Below are positions 26,964 through 34,430 of a DNA stretch of 34,430 nt, piece after piece. The stretch is from a virus. Taxonomy: Duplodnaviria > Caudoviricetes. The stretch is taken from IMG/VR virus record IMGVR_UViG_3300027741_000160, positions 1-34,430 of that record, one strand, 5' to 3'. Position 1 is the stretch's first letter. Each line of letters opens with the position of its first letter. The notes beneath the pieces are model-generated. The model was not told the DNA's origin. It ran no database searches and was given only the letters and a program-made list of their open reading frames with translations. The translations under genes were made by a program, and so were the position numbers.

Positions 26964-28780
26964 ATGATTTATTTTTTCTTTCCTTTGCGGAGGCGAGACA
27001 ACCCGAATATAGAGAGAAGAAAGGCGAAGGCGGTGGATACATTGAGTTTGGTGCAAAAAACGATTATCCGAATTATTTGGTAGAGTTATTAAACAAATCT
27101 GCCAAGCATAATTCAATTATCAAAAGCAAAGTAAACTATATTACTGGTAATGGTTTTAAGACTAAAGGCGCTGATCCAGTTGGCGAACAATTCATTGAAC
27201 AAGCTAATCCATATGAATCATTAAATGAGATTTCAAGAAAGGTTTCCATAGACATAGAAACTTTTGGAGGTGCTTATTTAAATATTATTTGGTCAGAAGG
27301 TGGCGAAATTGTGTCGAGCATTTACCATTTAGATTATACAAAGGTTCGTACAAATGCAGATAATACGCAGTTTTGGTATAGCGAGGATTGGAATGATCGT
27401 AAGTACAAAAAAGACGTTTATAATGCTTTCAACACACAGTTAAGACAAGGAAGCCAAGTTTTATATTTAAAGGAATATCGACCTAACTTAAATGCGTATG
27501 CGTTGCCAGGTTATTATGGAGCCTTAAATTATATCGAATCAGATATTGAGATTTCGAAGCACGTTTTGGGTAATGCTCAAACCGGATTTAGTGCATCCAA
27601 ATTAATTACCTTACCGAATGGCGATCCTTCGGATGATGAAAAAAGAGTAATTGAACGCAAGTTTACAAATCGTTTTTCGGGTGCAGATGGTAAAAAATTC
27701 ATTCTTTCCTTTACGACTGATCCAAGCAGAAAGCCAATCATTGATGATTTAGGTGCAAGTGATATAACGAAGGAGGATTTCGGGAATGTAGATAAAATGA
27801 TTCAGCAAAATATTTATGCTGGACATCAAATTACTTCGCCTGATTTATTTGGTATTTCGACACCTGGGCAGTTGGGAAGCCGCCAACAAATGCGAGATAG
27901 TTATGAAATTTTTAAAAATACATATGTCAACGATAAGCAAATATTTATTGAACAAATATTCAGTGAACTTGCCAAATTACACGGTGCATCTGAGTCTCTT
28001 GAAATAATCCCAGTCGAACCAATCGGATTCGAGTTTAGTGAGCAAGCAATATTAGCCGTTGCACCTAAAGAATGGATTTTGGAAAAGTTGGGAATTGATA
28101 TGAGTAAATATCAACCTCAAACGGTTGCAGAAACACCACAACCTACGGCCCAAATGAAAAGCAAATTTTCAGAAGATGAAGTAATTAAAATATTCTCTGA
28201 ATTTGGAGAGGATAAAGACAATTATTCAATCTATAAAACAAGAAATGTATTTGAAGAATCGGCAAATATTGAGTTTGCAATAAATGATATAAACCAATTA
28301 GAGGCTAATGTTTTAGATCAGATTCAAAAGCAAAAGCAAATATCAATTGAGGTTATTGCATCGACTTTAAAAGTTGATCCGTCAATGATTGAAACGGTGG
28401 TTAAAAACTTAGAAAAAAGGGGGATTTTAACATCAAAGGAAGTTAAAGGTACAATCGAGAGAACATTGGTAAAACCTTTAAGCAAATTAAATGCACCAAA
28501 GCCAACGACAACAACCTTCCAGGTACGTTATTCCTATGAGTGGAGACAAGATGTACCGGTAAGTGAAAGGAATACATCGGCACACCCATCACGGCCGTTC
28601 TGTGCAAGATTAATGCAGTTGAATAGACTATATTCAAGATCAGAGATTCAAACGATTTCGGCAAGGTTAGGGTATTCGGTATTTGATAGGCGAGGTGGAT
28701 GGTGGACAATGCCGGATGGAGAGCATTCGCCAAGTTGTAGGCATATTTGGTATGCACAAACAGTTATAAAAAGAGATTAA
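26960..28780 (+). CDS. Portal protein with C-terminal wHTH and MuF-like extension
   Basis: FG..NDYP.YL......SAKH..II..KV.YI.G.G, Y.LP.Y, H..TSP.LFGI portal-like core; C-terminal SR.FC...GG...CRH.W. Confidence 0.75.
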   Translation: MNDLFFLSFAEARQPEYREKKGEGGGYIEFGAKNDYPNYLVELLNKSAKHNSIIKSKVNYITGNGFKTKGADPVGEQFIEQANPYESLNEISRKVSIDIETFGGAYLNIIWSEGGEIVSSIYHLDYTKVRTNADNTQFWYSEDWNDRKYKKDVYNAFNTQLRQGSQVLYLKEYRPNLNAYALPGYYGALNYIESDIEISKHVLGNAQTGFSASKLITLPNGDPSDDEKRVIERKFTNRFSGADGKKFILSFTTDPSRKPIIDDLGASDITKEDFGNVDKMIQQNIYAGHQITSPDLFGISTPGQLGSRQQMRDSYEIFKNTYVNDKQIFIEQIFSELAKLHGASESLEIIPVEPIGFEFSEQAILAVAPKEWILEKLGIDMSKYQPQTVAETPQPTAQMKSKFSEDEVIKIFSEFGEDKDNYSIYKTRNVFEESANIEFAINDINQLEANVLDQIQKQKQISIEVIASTLKVDPSMIETVVKNLEKRGILTSKEVKGTIERTLVKPLSKLNAPKPTTTTFQVRYSYEWRQDVPVSERNTSAHPSRPFCARLMQLNRLYSRSEIQTISARLGYSVFDRRGGWWTMPDGEHSPSCRHIWYAQTVIKRD

Positions 28781-28782
28781 AA

Positions 28783-29355
28783 ATGAGGAATGTATTATTT
28801 ATAGGGGCCAATACAATCAAGGAAAGAACCACGGTTCATTCGAATGTTGATGATAAAAATATCTTGTCTATTATCAAGACTACGCAAGATATGATGATAC
28901 TGCCAGCGTTGGGAACCGGTTTATATGAACGTTTGCAGACCGGTATCACTAACAATGACTTATCAGCTTTAGAATTGACATTACTGAACGATTTTATTAC
29001 GGATTGTTTGACATATTTTGTCCTCTCTGAATTGCCTTTTGAATTGTCTTATCAGTTTTACAACAAAGGTTTAGTTCGTAAAAGTTCGGAAAATACGGAT
29101 ACTCCATCAATGCAAGATTTGATAGATATATCAAGTAGGTATCGTGCCACGGCAGAATTTTATACTGAACGAATGATCAAGTATTTAAAACAAAATTACA
29201 ATTCTTATCCATTGTATTTAAATCCAGGTACTGGTGTGGATGTAATGCACCCCGATCACGATGGTTATAAAACTTCGATATTTTTGGGCGATGATTATGA
29301 CAATCGGAATTTAAGTTTTGAAGAAAGATACCAAGGCGATCACGGAATATGTTAA
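28783..29355 (+). CDS. Head-tail adaptor protein (putative)
   Basis: NVD......I...QD..I.P.LGT.LY..L pattern; follows the portal; start reassigned to 28783. Confidence 0.6.
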   Translation: MRNVLFIGANTIKERTTVHSNVDDKNILSIIKTTQDMMILPALGTGLYERLQTGITNNDLSALELTLLNDFITDCLTYFVLSELPFELSYQFYNKGLVRKSSENTDTPSMQDLIDISSRYRATAEFYTERMIKYLKQNYNSYPLYLNPGTGVDVMHPDHDGYKTSIFLGDDYDNRNLSFEERYQGDHGIC

Positions 29356-29362
29356 ATAAATT

Positions 29363-29497
29363 ATGCCCAAAGCATTTTCAATAAAAAACATTAATAAACT
29401 CAAAGTTTATTTAGAATCAACAAATGGTACGACAATTAACGCTGAATCAAACGGTACAATTAATCAAGGAACTGGGCCAAAGCCACGAGCAAATTGA
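29363..29497 (+). CDS. 44-aa small protein (not in ORF track)
   Basis: MPKAFSIKNINKLKVYLEST...; good start context; fills the gap. Confidence 0.45.
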   Translation: MPKAFSIKNINKLKVYLESTNGTTINAESNGTINQGTGPKPRAN

Positions 29498-29888
29498 TTC
29501 GGTTTACTTTGGAGATCTATGGGAATTTTTAAATACTGATAATGTTTACCCGGCTTTATTCTATTCATTAACCGGAACGCAGATACAAGGCAAGATTTTA
29601 ACGCATTCATTTTCTTTATTCTTTTTTGATCGAGAGATTCAAGATGAAAAGAATGAAACTGATGTTTTATCGGATAGGTTAATAGTGGCCCAGGATATTT
29701 TGTCAATGATGAAAAATCCAACTTTTGATTGGGAGATCGAGGATAATGTAAGCATAGAATATTATACCGAAACCGAAGTTGATTTTTTAAGTGGTGTTAA
29801 AATGGATGTAAGTATATCATTTCCGTATTTATCAGATAGATGTACTTTACCGGAAGATTTTAATTATTTAGAGTGGTTAGCAGAATAA
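29424..29888 (+). CDS. Tail terminator / neck protein (putative)
   Basis: Acidic 154 aa; H.QI.....GD...YP...DVLSD....QD pattern. Confidence 0.55.
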   Translation: MVRQLTLNQTVQLIKELGQSHEQIDSVYFGDLWEFLNTDNVYPALFYSLTGTQIQGKILTHSFSLFFFDREIQDEKNETDVLSDRLIVAQDILSMMKNPTFDWEIEDNVSIEYYTETEVDFLSGVKMDVSISFPYLSDRCTLPEDFNYLEWLAE

Positions 29889-29901
29889 AAAAATAACAAA
29901 T

Positions 29902-32802
29902 ATGGGTTCTTACAAAGTCTTATACGACTATCCTAATTATGCATCATTGCCAGCGGTGGGCGATGTTAGTCGGCTTTATATTACGAACGATACGAATACT
30001 TTATATCGTTGGGTAGATGGGGCATATCACTTCTTTACGACTACTTCGGTGCCTTGGGGTAATATCGATGGAGTGTTAACAAATCAAACGGATTTGATGG
30101 CAGTATTAAACGGAAAACAACCATTAATTACTGCTGGAACTTCGGCTCAATATTATAGAGGAGATAAGACCTTTCAAACTTTAAATACTACGGCAGTTCC
30201 GGAAGGAACAAACCTATATTGGACTGATGCACGGTTTAATACCGGGTTTAGTGGTAAAAGTACGAGCAATTTAACTGAAGGTTCCAATCTTTATTATACG
30301 GATGCTCGTTTTGATTCACGTTTATCAACTAAATCAACGAGTAATTTAACGGAAGGAAGCAATTTATACTGGACTAATGAAAGATTTGACACACGTTTAG
30401 GACTAAAAACTACATCTGATTTATCGGAAGGTTCGAATTTATACTACACGGATGCACGTTTTGACACAAGATTTAATACAAAAACAACTGATAATTTAAC
30501 GGAAGGAAGTACAAAATTGTATTATTCATCTTCGAGGTTTAATGCGGACTTTAATAATAAGAATACCGATAATTTGCCCGAAGGGAGTACGAATTTATTT
30601 TGGACACCAGCACGATCACGGAACGCAATGACTTTGCTCACGGTTGGAACAAGTGGATTAGCCACTTACAATTCAACTACTGGCCAATTAAACATTCCTC
30701 AATATCAAGATTTGCTTGTTAATCCTTTGGTGGGTGCCGGTGCTCAATATTATGTACCAAGATATTCGGGAACAACTTCATTAACTCCAGGTCTAATTTA
30801 TGACAATGGGGTGTATGTGGGTATAAATCGAACAAATCCATTTTATACATTAGATGTAAACGGAACGTTAAACGTTCAAGGAGTTTCTATTTATCGAAAC
30901 TTGGCTGGAACTGGCGAAAGATTAGTTTATGTAGATTCAACTGGAACTTTAACTCCTGCAATTATTGGAAGTGGTTTATCTTTAACATCAGGAACATTAA
31001 CAGCAACGGGTACGGCTTCGGGATCAATTGGAGGAAGTGGAACAATTGGATATATTCCTAAATTTTCGGGAACGGCTGCGATTACTAATAGTAACATTCA
31101 AGATTCGGGTTCACTTATTACATTAGGCTCTAACACGACTATAAACGGTAGTATTACAAATTCAGGTACACAGCCAAGCATTGGTACTTCATCACTTCCA
31201 TATGGAACAATGTTTATTATTAATTTAAGGGCTGATACAAATTTATCTTTAGGAGCTGGATATGGAACAAGTGGAGAAAATGGACTTAGAATGTTTTCAT
31301 CTACAAGAAATATTGTTATTCAAAATGGAGGAACATTTACCGATTTAGGGCAAAGGTTACAAGTTACTGGAACAAGTTATTTTACTGATAGTTTAGGAGT
31401 TGGAACAACATCATTAACGGGTTACGTTGTAAACATTGCTAAAAACATAACGGGTGCAACAACGGCATATGGAGTAAGAAGTCAAGGAACGGTTCAATCA
31501 GATGTAACTACATTAGTAAGTAATTACGGTTCATTAATGAACACGGCTGCGGCTTCATTTACTTTGACTGACTTTGTGCATCATCGTTCAATGCAAGGCA
31601 CAATAGGTTCGGGAAGTGCAGTGACTAACCAATATGGTTATTTTGCTGATTCTTCGATGACTGGTGCAACCAATAATTACGGATTTTACGGTAATATAGC
31701 ATTAGGTACTAATAGGTATAACTTGTATATGAATGGTACTGCTAATAATTATTTAGCAGGTTCATTAGCTATTGGTGGATCGCCTGTAAATGGACAATCT
31801 TTAAATATTGTTAAAAATATTACAGGAAATGCTTACGGATTTGGAATTGTTCAATCTGGACAAATCCAGTCAGATGTTACAATACAAGGATATGGCTATA
31901 TTAATCAATTAAGCACACAAGCCTCATCATTTACATTACCTGATTATTTTCATTATTTTGCACAACAACAAACTATTGGTGCTGGTTCAACAGTAACAAA
32001 TCAATATGGTTTTAATGTTTCTTCGAGTTTAATTGGTGCAACTAATAATTACGGATTCTACGGAAGTATTCCAAGTGGTAGTAATAGGTGGAATATCTAT
32101 ATGAACGGAACGGCTAAGAACTATTTAGCTGGTTCTTTGCTCATTGGTTCAACAACTGATGCTGGATATAAGTTAGATGTTACAGGAACTACAAGATTAC
32201 AAGGTGATACAAGTATTTCTTCAGGAGGTTTAGGGATTGGTACAACAATTTTAAATTCTCATTCTTTAAGAATCAGTAAATCTATTACTGGTTCAGTAGG
32301 TTGTTATGGAATTTCTCAAACTGGTATAGTTCAAAGTGATGTAACATCTAATACATATGGATATTTTAACCAAAGTAATACACAAGCAACTGCATTTACT
32401 TTAGGAGAATATAATCATTATTTTGCTTCACAAGGAACAATTGGTAGTGGTTCTGCAATAACAACACAACAAGGTTTTGTAGTAAATTCTAATTTAACTG
32501 GTGCAACAAATAACTACGGATTTAGAGGTGTTATTGGAGCAGGAACAAATCGGTATAACATCTATATGGATGGAACTGCACAAAACTATTTGGCTGGTGC
32601 ATTATCTATAGGAGTTTCTACGGCAAATGCTTCTGCATTGCTTCAAGTAGATTCAACAACACAAGGAGTATTATTCCCAAGGATGACAACTACTCAAAAG
32701 AATGCAATTTCTTCCCCGGCAACGGGCTTAGTAATATTTGATACCACACTTGGTAAGTTATGCGTATATTCTACAACTTGGCAGACAATTACATCAGTTT
32801 AA
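29902..32802 (+). CDS. Long tail fibre / receptor-binding protein with internal repeats
   Basis: 966 aa, G/S/T-rich, two repeat families, VDSTTQGVLFPRMTT.QKNAI.SPA.GL C-terminus. Confidence 0.8.
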   Translation: MGSYKVLYDYPNYASLPAVGDVSRLYITNDTNTLYRWVDGAYHFFTTTSVPWGNIDGVLTNQTDLMAVLNGKQPLITAGTSAQYYRGDKTFQTLNTTAVPEGTNLYWTDARFNTGFSGKSTSNLTEGSNLYYTDARFDSRLSTKSTSNLTEGSNLYWTNERFDTRLGLKTTSDLSEGSNLYYTDARFDTRFNTKTTDNLTEGSTKLYYSSSRFNADFNNKNTDNLPEGSTNLFWTPARSRNAMTLLTVGTSGLATYNSTTGQLNIPQYQDLLVNPLVGAGAQYYVPRYSGTTSLTPGLIYDNGVYVGINRTNPFYTLDVNGTLNVQGVSIYRNLAGTGERLVYVDSTGTLTPAIIGSGLSLTSGTLTATGTASGSIGGSGTIGYIPKFSGTAAITNSNIQDSGSLITLGSNTTINGSITNSGTQPSIGTSSLPYGTMFIINLRADTNLSLGAGYGTSGENGLRMFSSTRNIVIQNGGTFTDLGQRLQVTGTSYFTDSLGVGTTSLTGYVVNIAKNITGATTAYGVRSQGTVQSDVTTLVSNYGSLMNTAAASFTLTDFVHHRSMQGTIGSGSAVTNQYGYFADSSMTGATNNYGFYGNIALGTNRYNLYMNGTANNYLAGSLAIGGSPVNGQSLNIVKNITGNAYGFGIVQSGQIQSDVTIQGYGYINQLSTQASSFTLPDYFHYFAQQQTIGAGSTVTNQYGFNVSSSLIGATNNYGFYGSIPSGSNRWNIYMNGTAKNYLAGSLLIGSTTDAGYKLDVTGTTRLQGDTSISSGGLGIGTTILNSHSLRISKSITGSVGCYGISQTGIVQSDVTSNTYGYFNQSNTQATAFTLGEYNHYFASQGTIGSGSAITTQQGFVVNSNLTGATNNYGFRGVIGAGTNRYNIYMDGTAQNYLAGALSIGVSTANASALLQVDSTTQGVLFPRMTTTQKNAISSPATGLVIFDTTLGKLCVYSTTWQTITSV
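30187..30620 (+). repeat. Six tandem ~75-nt (25-26 aa) EGxNLY[YW]TxxRF repeats
   Basis: EGTNLYW, EGSNLYY, EGSNLYW, EGSNLYY, EGSTKLYY, EGSTNLFW. Confidence 0.9.
31393..32605 (+). repeat. Three ~125-aa tandem domains in the tail fibre
   Basis: Each has K.ITG...QSDVT...FTL...TIG.GS...GATNNYGF...NR[YW]N.YM.GTA.NYLAG.L. Confidence 0.9.
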
Positions 32803-32803
32803 T

Positions 32804-33613
32804 ATGGCAAATAAAAAGATTAATCAATTAGTTACTAAATCAGCCATTGGCACTTCCGATTTATTTATGATTGGAGATGCCTCCACGGGGCAGTTATATA
32901 AAAAAACCATTGCTGATCTACAAGCCACAATAACCGGTTCGATTTCGGGAAGTGGATCAGGTGGATATATTACCAAATTTACCGGATCTACTGCCATAGG
33001 TAATTCGGTAATGTATGAAAGTTCTTCACGCATAGGAATTGGAACAACTACACCTAATTATATTCTTCAAGTAAGACCATATTCAAATTTAAACTTTGCG
33101 ATTGGCTATGGCGATTGGGTGACTACTGGAGATTCAATTATCTTTAAATCGATTAACGATGCAAACAACGCTGTAACTCCAATAATTTTTAACGGTTCTA
33201 AAATTGGTTTCTTTAACGGAGCAACTGAAAAGGTTTCAATTCAGAATTCGGGCCATTTATTAGTAGGTCAAACTACTGATGATGCTTATGCTTTAGATGT
33301 TGCCGGAACCATTCGAGCCACGGTGGATATTGTGATAACTTCCGATAAAAGACTAAAAGAAAACATTGTTACAATTGATAACGCACTTGATAAAGTTTGT
33401 TCGTTAAATGGGGTTTATTACAACCGTATTGATATTAAAGACGGTTCACGAAAAATTGGATTTATTGCCCAAGAAGTAGCAAAAGTGGTGCCTGAGTTAG
33501 CAACATTAGATTTTAAAGGAACATACGGAGTAAATTATAGTATTGCCACGGCTTTACTTGTGGAGGCTATTAAAGAATTAAAGGCAGAAATTGAAATATT
33601 AAAGTCTAAATAA
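32804..33613 (+). CDS. Short tail fibre/spike with C-terminal intramolecular chaperone (peptidase S74)
   Basis: SDKRLKENI, IGFIAQEV..V.PE, LVEAIKEL; start reassigned to ATG 32804. Confidence 0.85.
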   Translation: MANKKINQLVTKSAIGTSDLFMIGDASTGQLYKKTIADLQATITGSISGSGSGGYITKFTGSTAIGNSVMYESSSRIGIGTTTPNYILQVRPYSNLNFAIGYGDWVTTGDSIIFKSINDANNAVTPIIFNGSKIGFFNGATEKVSIQNSGHLLVGQTTDDAYALDVAGTIRATVDIVITSDKRLKENIVTIDNALDKVCSLNGVYYNRIDIKDGSRKIGFIAQEVAKVVPELATLDFKGTYGVNYSIATALLVEAIKELKAEIEILKSK

Positions 33614-33801
33614 TGGCATTACCATCATCGGGTACAATTTCATTAACTGATATAAAGGCAGCGATTCCTTCATCATCCAATTCCTTAAAACAATTGTCAA
33701 TAGATGCCGGATTTACAACTACGTTTAATATGTCTCAATTCTATGGATATAGCGGAGGCCCAGTCGTATCATATCCACAAACCTATTACGTTTTAAAATA
33801 A
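33613..33801 (+). CDS. Small tail-tip associated protein
   Basis: MALPSSGTISL.DI...MS.FYG motif typical of genes following S74-bearing fibres; TAATG coupling at both ends. Confidence 0.65.
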   Translation: MALPSSGTISLTDIKAAIPSSSNSLKQLSIDAGFTTTFNMSQFYGYSGGPVVSYPQTYYVLK

Positions 33802-34430
33802 TGGCATATTCAAGCATAAGTGATGCGAGGACAAAATTAATCAATCCCGAAACTCAACAAGATTCGGCGATTTTATATGCAAATAATAATTTGCTTGATA
33901 ATACAACCATTTTTTACATTAATCCTGGATTAACAACTTTAGCACCTTCCGGAAATTATGTTATTCCTTCGCCACAATTTAGATCGTATTATGTGACACT
34001 TGGAAGTGATGGCAAAATTAGCGGATCAAAAACTGAATTGATTTTATCCGGTGTGGATACAAGTTGGGTGGATGATTACATTGCTGATTATAGTACCGGT
34101 TCCTTTATTCCTAATGATAATTTTGATTCAGGTAATGTTGGTACAAATTTATCAATCAATGGTAGTCTATTAGTTACGGATGCTTATTGGTCATCAAGAT
34201 CATATGCACATTCTAAGAAATGGGTAATTGATCAAGGCGATTTAGTTTCAACGGCATTGACTAACATTGATGTATCGGCGATGAAAGGATATGATCTTCG
34301 TTTAATGACTGGAGAATGGTATCAAAATACTAAAGGAGGTACAACAACTGCGGGATTTACTGGTGGTAATTTTATTTCTGCTATTATTCACGTTGCGGAA
34401 GATTTAGCACGGACAACCGTTGAAGGCCGA
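33801..34430 (+). CDS. N-terminal part of the junction-spanning ~814-aa protein (continues into 6..1946)
   Basis: MAYSSISDARTKLINPETQQ...GYDLRL-MTGEWYQ; no stop codon to the end of the window. Confidence 0.85.
   Translation, partial: MAYSSISDARTKLINPETQQDSAILYANNNLLDNTTIFYINPGLTTLAPSGNYVIPSPQFRSYYVTLGSDGKISGSKTELILSGVDTSWVDDYIADYSTGSFIPNDNFDSGNVGTNLSINGSLLVTDAYWSSRSYAHSKKWVIDQGDLVSTALTNIDVSAMKGYDLRLMTGEWYQNTKGGTTTAGFTGGNFISAIIHVAEDLARTTVEGR
34305..34430. repeat. Terminal direct repeat, right copy
   Basis: Identical to 6..131. Confidence 0.95.

Noticed and set aside
30187-30620. Regular ~75-nt repeats as a possible CRISPR array
   Set aside because: In-frame protein repeats that vary at synonymous positions, with no unique spacers and no cas genes
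31393-32605. Repeated fibre segments as a DGR template/variable pair
   Set aside because: No reverse transcriptase in the genome, differences are not adenine-specific, and all copies are coding
2583-33033. Minus-strand ORFs in the track (e.g. 2583-2831, 8035-8295, 17408-17725, 22228-22512, 28443-28757)
   Set aside because: All are short shadows of well-supported + strand genes with no recognisable motifs
1-34430. Stop-codon reassignment as in some Bacteroidota phages
   Set aside because: Genes tile densely in the standard code, and TAG and TGA end genes at sensible places (3304, 4960, 9414, 10195)

Overview
The window is an apparently complete, circularly permuted genome (about 34.3 kb; exact 126-bp overlap between the two ends) of an AT-rich tailed dsDNA phage, probably siphovirus-like. 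A Bacteroidota host is likely, based on a TAnnTTTG promoter, A-rich starts without Shine-Dalgarno motifs and a Gln-after-signal-peptide protein. All credible genes are on the + strand. Gene order: distal tail/receptor genes, lysis, metallophosphoesterase, terminator, early/recombination (Erf, SSB-like), replication (initiator with internal iterons, loader-like), VRR-NUC, DUF3310, sigma-like regulator, glycosyltransferase, PhoH, HAD fusion, terminase, tail genes, protease/scaffold/capsid, tail tube, portal, adaptors, tail fibres. I recognised no integrase, DNA polymerase, methyltransferase, tRNA or CRISPR array. The most interesting signals are regulatory: (1) a promoter-to-terminator two-hairpin RNA with perfectly complementary loops in front of the replication module; (2) a 3' trailer complementary to the start region of the early erf gene; (3) a TAA-N16-TATTTA candidate late promoter; (4) a T9 -1 frameshift with a long dual-coded region; (5) a portal-wHTH-MuF-like fusion; (6) near-total CATG avoidance. 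Functional calls come from motif recognition and gene context, not database searches.
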